From assembly GCF_020745735.1 (NCBI RefSeq), contig NC_083419.1, forward strand, positions 73,672,096-73,736,095: a DNA stretch of 64,000 nt, in the 5' to 3' direction. The translations under genes and the position numbers were made by a program. The stretch comes from Hemiscyllium ocellatum (lineage: Eukaryota). The notes below the pieces were generated by a model that saw only the letters and a program-made list of their open reading frames with translations, searched no databases and was not told the DNA's origin. This document shows, in pieces, positions 43,034-54,175 of the stretch (position 1 is the first letter of the stretch; each line of letters begins with the position of its first letter).

Positions 43034-43339
43034 CTGGACATGGCATTTCTTTGCTCTTGTGTGACCCGCTGTGTTGAACCTCACAGTAGATTTTGCTGGA
43101 GCAATATACCACTGACCCGGGCAGGGTTAACTGGCTGCTCAGGGTGTAGGTTCCCTTCTTGTTTCTCACTGATGGGTAAGTCTTCAATCCATTCCTGATT
43201 AGCTCCCCACCTTTCTTCCAGGTTACCGTGGTGATGTCAGGGGAATAGTCCATCACCAAACAACCAAAGATTGTGGAATTGGTGTTGAGCTCCTCACAGG
43301 AGGAGACCAGGCCATAAAGTGTCGGAGGAGATGGTGTCT
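43034..43339 (-). CDS. IGHM: IgM CH1 exon ([15 protein letters not shown]...[11 protein letters not shown]...WKKGG...IYCEVQHSG...EMPCP)
   Basis: 306 nt, acceptor tattgtAG at 43340, donor CCAG|GTACGT. C1-set Cys-Trp-Cys, with the light-chain-binding Cys (SSC) present; phase 1-1. Confidence 0.96.
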
Positions 43340-43706
43340 CTACAATAGAATGACCAATTGAGCATGTTAGTTTCTGTTAATTTGACCTTATCAGTTACTC
43401 TAATGTACCCTCAGCAGTAAATGTTTGCCAGTATGCTCCCGCTGAAATCTACAGCACAACTGGAGTTCATTTTTGTTTCCTACCAGTTGCTGATGATGAT
43501 CATTGGTTCCCTCTTTAGAAACATGCCCTCGACCTCGACCATTACCATATAACTTAGGAAGAAGAACATCCTGATACCAGCCCAGTAGCTGTTTGAAGAT
43601 CTAACCAACTGACACTTTCATTGGATTGTTGTGAAGAGCAGAGAAGTTTCACAAAATACAAACCAAGGAAATGCAGATTCATCGCAATTCTTCAGTGTGT
43701 GCAAAC

Positions 43707-44002
43707 AGGCCATTGGGCCCAACAAGTCCATATCCACCCTCTGAAAAGAAACGCAAACAGACCCATTCTCCTACCCTATTATGCTACAGTTAACCCTGAC
43801 TAATGCACCTAACCTCCCAATCACTGAACACAACATTTGCAATTCCCCCAGCCTGTACATCTTTGGACTGTGGGAGGAAATGCACACAGACATGGGGAGA
43901 AAGTGCCAACTCCACACAGACAGTCACTCGAGGTTGGAATGGAATCCGAGTCCCAAGAACTGTGAGGCAGCAGCGCTAACCACGGAACCAGCGTGCCGCC
44001 CC
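43707..44002 (-). mobile_element. tRNA-derived SINE (HE1-like)
   Basis: Reverse complement of the same consensus. Confidence 0.78.
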
Positions 44003-44067
44003 ACTAGCTACCGTGCTGCTGGAAATACCCAACAGCTGGCAGTACCCCCAGAGAGAAATCAGAGTGA

Positions 44068-44365
44068 ATCATAGAACATAGAACAGTACAGCGCAGTACA
44101 GGCCCTTCGGCCCTCGATGTTGCGCTGCCCTGTCATACTAATATGAAGCCCATCCCACCTACACTATTCCATGTACATCCATATGCCTGTCCAATGACAA
44201 CTTAAATGCACTTAAACTTGGCAAAGCTAGTACTGTTGCAGGCAAAATATTCCATACACTTACTACTCAATGAGTAAAGAAACTACCTCTGACATCTGTC
44301 TCATACCTATCTTCCCTCACTTTAAACTTGTGTCCCCTCGTGTTTTCCATTCCCATACTTGGAAA
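44068..44365 (-). mobile_element. CR1 LINE 3' fragment
   Basis: catagaacatagaacagtacagcgcagtacaggcccttcggccc is the reverse complement of the CR1 3' tail. Confidence 0.85.
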
Positions 44366-44829
44366 TCAGGTCCAGTGAGCCTTCCTCACTTATCAATGTA
44401 AGGCAGAATGTTCTCTCTGGTAGGTAGGCCACTGCAGCAGCAGCAGCAGCAAAGGCAGGAGCTGAGCACTGGGACGGGGAGGATGACTGTCACAGCTGAG
44501 CTCAGCCCAATTATCTGGAAGTTGAAACATCTAATTTACAATTATCTGAATTCTGGAGGCCTCTGAAAAATGCAGGACCAATAAGGTTCAGAGACTTTGG
44601 AGTGTTACAGCTGAGTATTTACGTAAATGTGATTTGAGAAATGAACAAGTAATCTTTAACTTTAATAATTATCAAACTGATACGCAGTTCACCACCAAAC
44701 CTCATCTCTCAGACTAACCACTTCGCTTACTCAGCCTAGACCTAAATTTCCACATTGACAAACCCTACCCTGCTACACACCCATTCATGCCCAGAACACA
44801 CAACCCCTATCACACAAAACACATCCAAG

Positions 44830-45500
44830 GCAATCCATATTGGTAGTGTAGCTGAGCAGAGAGATCTCAGTGCCCATGTACATAGATCCCTAAAAGTTGC
44901 CAGCCAGTTTGATAGAGTTGTTAAGAAGGCATACTTTGTGCTGGCTTTCATCAATAGAGGGACTGAGTTTCCGAACCACAAGGTTAGGTTGCAGCTGTAC
45001 AAAACTCTGGTGTGGCTGCACTTGGAGTATTGTGTCCTGTTCATTACAGAGAGAATGTGGAAGCTTTGGAAGAGTTCAGAGGAGGTTTACCAGGATGTTG
45101 TTTTGTATGGCGGGAACGTTTAATGAGGAAAGGATGAGGGTCTTGAGGCTGTTTTTGTTTGAGAGAGGAAGGTTGAGAGGTGACTTAATTGAGACATAAA
45201 AGATAAACAGAGGGTGGACAGTGAAAGTCTTTTTCCTTGAATAGTGATGGCTAGCAGGAGAGGATATAGATGACATATGTCAGAGGTTGTTTCTTTACTC
45301 AGAGAGTAGTAGAGCCATGGAACGCACTGCCTACAACAATAGTACACTCGCCAACTTTAATGGCATTTAAAAGGTCATTGGATAAACCTATGGATAAAAA
45401 TGGAATAGTGTAGGATAGATAGGCTTCAGATTGGTTCCACAGGTCAGCGCAACATCGGGGCTGAAGGGCCTGTACTGCCCTGTAATGTTCTATATTCTAT
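44830..45500 (+). mobile_element. CR1 LINE 3' fragment in the J-C intron
   Basis: VHRSLKVASQFDRVVKKAY...LYKTLVWLHLEYCV; tail gttctatattctat. Confidence 0.87.
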
Positions 45501-47005
45501 ATTCCAGATGGACATATGATCTCAATTTCTTTCAGTCATTTACACTCCTGCCACCCTGCACCTGGCCCATGGCGAATCTGACCATGACTGGACCTGGCAC
45601 CATCATTTTCACAACCTCTGACAAAAGCCCACTACCCAAGACATGACCTCAACCGTTGATCACTGACCTCTCATTTTACCCAAGACAACCTGTGTACATT
45701 GCATCCTAGCTCCTTTCGCATCTGTGCTTTACAACCTACTATTTTGCCAGACTCCGAGCTTTGCATTTTGACAACCCGTCCACCTGTCACTTCATTACAG
45801 TGACCTTCCACCCTCGAAACATCCTGGCACTCTGCCCACCTCTACACTAACCAGCCTGGCATCCTGCCCACCTCTCCATGAACCAGCCTGGCAAAAACAG
45901 ACCTCCTGCATTTCAGTTCAAACTACCCCTCACCTACCAAGCACAATTCGACCAAATTATCCTGTGTACATTACCATTTACCTTGATGCCACCTTGTCAG
46001 ACAGGATGCATGCAAGCTTACCCAGCAGCCAGCCAACCAGCCTACCAGCCCAAAATCTACCACATGCCCAAACTAACCCCTCACCTGCTCACCACCTTCC
46101 AACTTTGAGCCTACCCCAACATAAAGACAGTGAGTCATAAAGTCGGACAGCACAGAAACAGTTCCTTTGGTCCAGCTCATCCATGCTTACCAGAGTTCCC
46201 AAATTAAACTAATTCCACTTTGCCTGCCTTTGGCCCATATGCATCCAGACCTATCCAGTTCCTGTAGTTGTTGAAATGTCTTCTAAATGTTGGACCTATC
46301 TCTGCATTTACCACTTCTTCTGGCAGTTCATTCCAATGTTTTGGACAGTTAGAACATGAAGCCCGAACTTCTGCACTCAGTGCTCTGACCAATGAAGGTA
46401 CATGCGCCAAACACCTTCAACACACTAGGTACTTGAGACAATGCTTTGAAGAATCTATGAGTCTTGAATCTATGAATTTCTGTGGTGGAGAATTCCAAAA
46501 TAATTCACCATTCTTTTGCTGAACAGTAAACAAACAGGTTCAATGTTATCGTGTGTTGGGAAGACTGGTGAGCAGCAAAGATTAATGATGATCTCATGAA
46601 TGGAATAGCCTTCTAGAGAGGCCGAGATGCTTTCTTCAGCTTCCATTTTGCATGCTGACATGTCCCTTCGGCAGCATGTGACAAAATTGTGATCCTTGAG
46701 GATAAGGGCACACATGCATGTAAAGCTTTCCTCCAAATCAGACTTCAACTTGACTCTCAACTATTTCCCTGCATGTTTGCTCTTCCTCAATCACAACCAT
46801 GGGACTCATTTCCTAACAGCGCTGTGAATGTGCGAATACCACACAAATTTCAGAAATTCAAATAGACAGATGACAACTGGTTTCTCAAGGCGATATAAAA
46901 AGTCTAACACTACCACACCTGTCTGGAGATTCAAACAACCACTGGAAGAATTGAAAATTATTTGAGGCACTTGTGTGTCTACACAAGATGACATGGTTTC
47001 CTTTT

Positions 47006-47208
47006 TTAAAAATCACACAACACCAGGTTATAGTCCAACAGGTTTAATTGGAAGCACACTAGCTTTCAGAGCGACGCTCCACTATCACCTGATGAAGGAG
47101 CGTCGCTCCGAAAGCTAGTGTGCTTCCAGTTAAAACTGTTGGACTATAACCTGGTGTTGTGTGATTTTTAACTTTGTACACCCCAGTCCAACACCGGCAT
47201 CTCCAAAT
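47006..47208. mobile_element. Short palindromic Penelope-derived insertion with a hammerhead ribozyme motif
   Basis: 75-bp inverted arms (47006-47080 and 47097-47171, 3 mismatches); flanking direct repeat catggtttcctttt (46992-47005 and 47209-47222). Confidence 0.8.
47086..47120 (+). ncRNA. Minimal type I hammerhead ribozyme motif
   Basis: cac-CTGATGA-A-GGAGC-gtc-GCTCC-GAAA-GC-TA-gtg: full core, 5-bp stem II, palindromic AGCT stem III, 3-bp stem I. Confidence 0.7.
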
Positions 47209-47307
47209 CATGGTTTCCTTTTGTGTGATTTGACTGTGTTTTCGCTGAATGAACAGAGCTATTTCTTAATAATATAATAGGAATGAAGCTTCCCTCATTT
47301 TTAGCAA

Positions 47308-47507
47308 CTGCTGAAAATGTGTTGCTGGAAAAACGTGCAGGTCAGGCAGCATCCAAGGAGCAGGCAGCATCCAAGGAGCCCTTCCTGAAGAAGGGCTCAT
47401 GCCCCAAACGTCGATTCTCCTGCTCCTTGGATGCTGCCTGACCTGCTGCGCTTTTCCAGCAACATATTTTCAGCTCTGATCTCCAGCATCTGCAGTCCTC
47501 ACTTTCT
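47308..47507. mobile_element. Second family of palindromic Penelope-derived short insertion (degenerate hammerhead CTGAAGA-A-GGGC-tcat-GCCC-cAAAC)
   Basis: Inverted arms gctgaaaatgtgttgctggaaaa...gcagcatccaaggagc vs gctccttggatgctgc...ttttccagcaacatattttcagc; 15-bp direct repeat cctcatttttagcaa (47293-47307 and 47508-47522). Related fragments at ~19350-19440, ~38930-39000 and ~48270-48360. Confidence 0.75.
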
Positions 47508-50240
47508 CCTCATTTTTAGCAAGACAATCACACATTATATTTCTTGATTCCAGGGAAGATTAGTGTTAAATTAATGAAATATGATGATTGGGACTTCCAA
47601 TTGGAAATTGTCAGAGATTTAAAGATTACTTTCATGAGCAATTAATTCCAGCCTCATTGTGTAACAGTACTCACAGGAGTGTCTTTCAGAAATGGTGTCT
47701 CCCTTTGTTATAGGCAGTCGAATCAGTAAGTCTGGGATAGTTTTTGCTTGTTAATCAAAGGTGTTAAAGAGTTTTAGCCAAAGGGAGATCTGTGGATTTA
47801 GCTCACAGATGCACCATGATCTAAGTAAGTGGTGGAACATCTCGAGGGGCTGAGTGCCATCCTCCTGTTTCTACCATCCTATCATTGTGTCATTCATTAA
47901 GCTAGCACTGGCCGTGAATACTTTTTATTAAAATATTTCAACAAATTAATTGTTTTACACATGCTTTAAAAAAAAAGTTCTGTCGATTATTTGGAACGGG
48001 ATCATTGACATTCTCTATTTGCGTGATCAAAATAACTTCCACCCAATTACAGCAGCCACTGCACTCTGCAGTGTGTTGTTACTTCATAATAGTTTCTTGT
48101 GAAACTACAGCTCGAGATCAGGGCACTCAAATTCAATGATTCTCTGATATTTAATATCTCTGAACATTCGCAATTTGTTCAAATGCATCTTTTCTCTGAA
48201 GAACGTGTTTAATCAAGCAGAACTTTTTTCAATGAAACAACAAACTTTAAATGCTAGAAAACCAAAATAAAGACAGAAACTTCTGAAGGAACTCAGCAGG
48301 TCAAACAGCTCCTGTGGAGAGAAGGCAAGGTTAACCTTTCGCATCCAGAGATCCCCTCTTCACCAAATTGTTTTCATGTTTTTGGCAGAAGAGCTCACAC
48401 CTGTTGAGATAAACAGTGATTACGTTGGCTTGACTCCTGTTGGAAAAAGAATTCTTAGCAGAAGCAATGGACGGTCTGAGATAGCAATTGAAGACCAACT
48501 GAAAAGCTATCACCATCTGCTGGAAGTGTTGGATTCAGCAGAACCCTCACCGTACTGAACAATCAAATTCAGCTACAGCACAGGTTTAATATAAAGTAAG
48601 ACAGCCTCAACATAATCTCATCAAATATGCTTTGAAAATGATTCATTCTGGATTAGTTATAAATGATATTTTTAGAACAGCAAGTCAAAAGCTGGGATTT
48701 CTTTGAGCACTTACTCCATTAACCCCATCTAGCGATGCCCAAAAGCTTGTGAACAAATATTGATCTGGAAAAAGCTGCTAACCAACAAAATTCTGATTAA
48801 TATCTAAGAGACACAAGTCAGTACAGTGATTGAATAGATTTCACTGGCCTCTGTGAGTGGAATTCCAACAAACACCCAAACATCTCAATCTGCATTCTTG
48901 CACTGAAGTAATCTGGTAAGAGATGGTGTTACATACCTCTCTAACAGGTTGTAAGTGAACACAGGCCACCTGGCACAGAATCAGGGACCCTACCACGACT
49001 TCACAACAGACCTGAACACAATGAGCTCGACACTATCACGGAGAACACAGCCCACCTGTTTTGACAGTATATAAACCATGTTATTTATTAACACCTTCCA
49101 ACAACCAGGGATTGTTCCAGAATATTTGTACAATGAAAGTAACATTTCAACATCTATCCAAGAATACTTTGACAGCAGCTCCGAATTGTGCAAACTCTAT
49201 GCGAACTACAGAGCAATAAAACTAGGAATTGCATTGCCATCAATTCACTGTCACTGGATTCCAACTTCGAACTCCCTTCCTCTTTCCCCTGCTAATGTTA
49301 CTGCACCAGATGGTCTACTTAGTTTGAAAAATATTAAAATGTTTTGAAGTGTAATATGACCGTTGCCAGTGACATTAAAAGCTGATAATAGGTTTTCAAA
49401 TAATACGATGCAAAAAAATTCTGATTCTAAATTGTGCCATGAAACATGTCCTGCATAACTGAGGCAAAAAGAAAATATGCAACATATTTCCCACTACCTC
49501 GCTCAATCAAATATCCCTTGTTGCCAGTAACCAATTTCAAAACTCTTGCTATCAGCCTTTTGTTCCTGAAACGTTCGTTCTGATTGGAACAACTTAGTCA
49601 GGGCTCTCAATTCTGAGGCACCTCATCCAATATTGTATTTCTGGCAAATAAAAGTGGTTTTGAAGCGCGAGATGAAATTGAACTGTCTGAGATTCAGGTA
49701 TCCGAACTGGACAATTTACAAATGGTCAGGACCGTTGACAAGTTAGTCAGAGATAGCACTGATACAAACTGTACAACAGACTTAATCCGAGAGGATACAT
49801 TGCTCAACTCATCACGTCAAATATATTCACTGTAAGTGAATATTCATCAGAATAACTAACCAGTGGATTAATGTGAACGACAATGTGTTCACAATGAACA
49901 TAAATAACCACTAAGTTAATAAACTTAATAAGTCATTGCATTTAACAAAATTATTGAGGTGGGAAATATCGCCAACTGAAGCACAGATCTGGAGGAAATG
50001 GGGTATTCTCTAAATTATTTTTACATATGCTTAAAATGTTCCTTGAACTGTGTAGATTTTGCATGCACTGCATAAACAATACTGCATTCCGTTGTGGAAA
50101 GCATTTCTGTTGAAGGAATTAGGGAAAGGTTATTTTCTTGTTAACTGCTTTGAATGAACAAAAATGTTTAAAAAGGTATGAATTGAAAACATGCTTCTGT
50201 GTGGAGTTGCGCACTTTAGCAGATGTCTGAGTAAATATGG

Positions 50241-50525
50241 GCACTGCTGCCTCACAGATCCAGGTACCCAGGCTCGGTTCCAGCCTCGCGTGACTGCCTA
50301 TGTGGAGTTTACACAATCTCCCCTGTGTCTGTGTGAGTTTCCTCCCACAATCCAAAGATGTGCATGTCAGGTGAACTGGTCATGCTATATTGTCTATAGT
50401 GTTAGGTGCATTAGTCAGGGTTAAATATAGGGTAGGTCAATGGGTCAGGGTGGGTTACTCCTCAGAGGGTCGTTGTTAACTTGTTGGGTCAAATGGCCCG
50501 ATAACTACTGCTGGAAATCTAATCT
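50241..50525 (+). mobile_element. tRNA-derived SINE (HE1-like)
   Basis: gcactgctgcctcacag...gtggagtttacacaatctcccc...ccaaagatgtgc. Confidence 0.78.
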
Positions 50526-50764
50526 AAATGATTGTCACACTTAACTAATGTGAGCAGATTCCTTCCGATTGTTACATTGCAATAAATCGGTCAAGTATAT
50601 TAATTAAAATAAATATTACTCCATTTTCAGTGTTTGAATAAACAATGTGATCTGTTATCCTCTAGTTCATGTCTTTTGCAAATTTGTGAACTCTGCGTCC
50701 GCTTGAACACATCTATGTAAAATGAATTCTCGGCGTTTGCAGCAAGTACTCCCATGGTTTTAAG

Positions 50765-51115
50765 AGTAGAGTTCCTACAGTATGGTAACAGACCATTTGG
50801 CCCAACAATTCCACACTGACCCTCTGAACAGTAAGTAGCCCACCCAGACCCATTCCCTCTTATTCATATTTACCCCTGACTAATGCACCCTAACCTACAC
50901 ATCCCTGAACACTATGGCTGTACTAGATTGCACAATCCCCTAACCTGCACATCTTTTAGACTGTGGTAGGAAACCAGAACGCCCGAAGGAAACCCATGCA
51001 GACACAGGGAGAATGTGCAAACTCCACACAGGCAGTCACCCGAGGCGGGAATCAAATTTGGGACCATAGTGCTGTGAGGCAGCAATGCCAATCACTGAGC
51101 CACCATGCTGCCCTG
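50765..51115 (-). mobile_element. tRNA-derived SINE (HE1-like)
   Basis: Reverse complement consensus (gctgtgaggcagc...ctgagccaccatgctgcc). Confidence 0.78.
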
Positions 51116-52733
51116 CGCGTTCATGACTGGGTTATTTTAATTAATTCGAAATTTGGCCTTGGTTACATAATTCACTATAGCAGTTGTTTCCGAAAGAATG
51201 AGTCTTCAGTTGATATTTTGTTGTAAATGTAACTATTTATTTAAAATGCACAGATTGGGAACACCTAAAGCACTATGCAGGGTAAATAATTCAGTTAGTG
51301 TTTTATTTTTATCCTGCAAATCCAGTTTAATCAGGGACATAACAATTAATTAACTCAAGCTATGTGTGAAACTGATCAAAGCAGTGAAAATGATCTGTTC
51401 TTCATAAAATTGAGCAGAATTTCCAAATGGCCTTTGCCAATGATATTATCCAGCCAGAAAAATACGTATGTAGTGTACAGCGGAATTGAAAGGTGTTTTT
51501 TGATCAATTATAACACGGTCATGGCATTTTTGCTCAAGAGCAAGAACTATTAGAACATTAGACTTTTGAAATGCTGTTTATATTTCTCTATGACTTGTAA
51601 ACTGTTTAAAGACAGACCTTGTGATTAAACTAGATAGTTAAGTTTCGAATTTGGATTGCAAAGCATGGATTAGATTAATCCTTAATCATTTATTTAAGTA
51701 AAAATGGCGCCTGAAGGTATCTGTTTTCCCTTCATTTCTAAAACCTTTGCGATTTGCCTTTCACTTAATAACAGGCTTTATGAAATTTCAAATCGCATGC
51801 TGATTGCATTGAATGAGGAAAGAGCAGTTCACTGTCACCAACCGTGTTAACATTGCAAAAACAACGTAGAAGCCAGAAACGGTTTCCCAAATATAACACA
51901 TTTAATGTTACTCAAGCACAGTCCCTACTCAACAGATCAACGATCACCAGATCACCAGATCACAACACGGTGTGTTTGCAGCAGAACTAGCTCTGCAAAC
52001 ATTTTCAGCAGAACCAAGAACATGATGTGACCTCACACAAAGAAAAACAAATTGAAGTCTAACAAAGCTGCTCAGAATCAAGCAAACTAATGAATAAATT
52101 GAACAGAAATAACAAGTCATATCAGCAACCTTGTTTGTGAGGGGACTTAACACTTAAAACTGTAACGTTTCTGGGAATAGTTCAATTTATTTCCAACCTG
52201 CACACCCTTCCTGACCATGACAATCTTGTGCAGCGCACAGTAGAGTGGGGTTGAAGGCACATATTGCTTAATCACTTCATGGTCAAAACAAAATTACTGA
52301 ATGGACAAATATTACCAAATTATAATTTTAATTTAGTTCCAATTACGTAATCTGACCAATTCTGCAGTTTCAGATTTTAGTCCAAAATTTTATTTTGAAT
52401 GACGCTACTCAAAAAAAAGCAGTTAGTTTACAATTAGAACTGAGATTTTTAAAAAAGTCAATGCATTAAAAACTCGGTTTTTTTCATTTCTCACACTTCC
52501 GGGTTTCTGCCTTAAGTTGTTTTTCAGACCGTTACAAATGGATGCAATGTTTTCAATCAAGCAGACAAAAATGTGTCATATAAGTTTAACAAATGCAGAA
52601 ATGATTCATGAAAAACAAAAAAACTTCACAAATATTGGTAATGGAAAGTAATCCAGAGAGTCAATCTCCTCATCAGAAAGAAAACACCGATTCAGAAAGC
52701 ATGAAAACGCACATCAATTTCACAAACTGAATA

Positions 52734-53026
52734 CGAATCCAATCAAGCCAATTCAACAGGATCAAGGAAAATAAAATCAGAATCCAATCAACTCAAAACA
52801 ACAGATTTGAATGAAACATAATCAGAATCCAACCAATTCAATTCAACAGAATCAAATAAAACAAATTTCAAAAACCAATCAACACTATTCAACAAAACCA
52901 AGTAAAAACAAAGTCAGAATCCAATCAATACAGTTCAACCGAATCAACTAAAACAAAGCCAAAATCCAATCAACTCAATTCAACAGAATCAAGTAAAACA
53001 AACTCAGAATCTAATCAACAGAATGC
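52734..53026. repeat. Degenerate ~45-bp tandem repeat, ~6.5 copies (cagaatccaatcaactcaattcaacagaatcaagtaaaacaaact)
   Basis: Unit starts visible at about 52734, 52779, 52823, 52869, 52915, 52960 and 53005; lies in the JH-CH1 intron. Confidence 0.85.
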
Positions 53027-53538
53027 AATATAGCACCGCAAGAACCTTTTATGACAGATTCTAACTTGCTTGTCATCAACAAAATTAACAAAATAAATGA
53101 GAAAATATAATCATTGTAAGAACATATATTCAAGAAATTAATGATGATATTTTAGCATATTTTAGCCATGTTTGGTAATATCATGAACATCTTTGAATTC
53201 TTATCGTTTGTTGTTGATAATAAAACTCACAGTCAGGGTGTCACTGACATTAAACATTATTTATAGCTGACTGATTAAGAGACATTAGGTGTTTCAAGTA
53301 ACCCAGCCACACAGAATGCCCATCTGATCAAAAAAAAAGAGATACACCGAGCAACTGATTCCACCATCACCATTTTAACTATTTGCTGAGCCTTAAAATA
53401 AGTCTATAATCAGTCTGAATAAAAATCAATCCGAACCAAACCAAACTCAGCACAGAATCTGGGCTTCATTTAATTCAGAAATTAGTCACATGAATAGAAA
53501 GTTTTTAAAAAGTCACTAGGAAAGTTCAAAGTTCTTAC

Positions 53539-53904
53539 CTGAAGTCACTGTCACCATGGTCCCTTGGCCCCAGTATTCAAGATAGTAATTCCAGCTATCC
53601 CCTCTTGCACAGTAATAGATGGCGGTGTCTTCGATCTTCAGGTACCCCATGTCCAACGCGAAAATGTTGTTTGAAGTTTCTTTGGATGCAGTAAATTGAC
53701 CCTTAATTGCTCGTGCATAGTTATTGCTGTTTGAATTATAGTAGCTAACCAGACACTCCAGACCCTGGCCGGGAACCTGTCGGACCCAGCTCATTGTGTA
53801 GCTGCCAAGATTGAAGCCGCTGGTTTTACAGGTCAGTTTCAGGCTGCCTGCGGGATGGCCAGTCTCTGCCTCTGGCTGAATCAAAACAATCTCCGACTGG
53901 ACAC
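53539..53904 (-). CDS. IGHV: Pre-joined VH-D-JH exon ([27 protein letters not shown]...[10 protein letters not shown]...[31 protein letters not shown])
   Basis: Canonical V-set Cys, Trp and YYC run in frame into the J motif WGQG and donor TCAG|GTAAG at 53538. No CACAGTG heptamer or nonamer between V and J. Confidence 0.97.
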
Positions 53905-54032
53905 CTTTAAAAAAGAAAACAAATAAACCATGAGCATTAATGCTGATGAAATGATGCCTGAGTATTTTACATTCCTGCTGTAGACTAACGTTGAGACAGT
54001 AACAAAGAGGGACTTGAACAAAAAACACTCAC

Positions 54033-54081
54033 ATGATAAGAAAGTCAGTAACGAACTGAGAAAAATTGTCGACACAATCAT
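54033..54081 (-). CDS. IGHV: IgM heavy chain leader exon (MIVSTIFLSSLLTFLS + first nt of Cys)
   Basis: ATG at 54081-54079, 49-nt hydrophobic signal-peptide exon, donor T|GTGAGT at 54032. The 128-nt phase-1 intron ends ttttaaAG at 53905; spliced leader reads MIVSTIFLSSLLTFLSCVQS. Confidence 0.95.
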
Positions 54082-54168
54082 TCTGATAACTTCTGGGAAG
54101 AGGTTCTGTCAAGATCTTTCCAAACAAAGCCGACCCAAGGAGTGTTGAATTACGGTCCAGTGCCTAGG

Positions 54169-54175
54169 ATTTATA
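54169..54175 (-). promoter_or_regulatory. Candidate VH TATA box (TATAAAT)
   Basis: 88 nt upstream of the leader ATG; a second TATAAATA lies at 54283-54290. Confidence 0.45.

Noticed and set aside
52600-53030. Regular repeats as a CRISPR-like array
   Set aside because: Eukaryotic DNA, head-to-tail degenerate units with no unique spacers.
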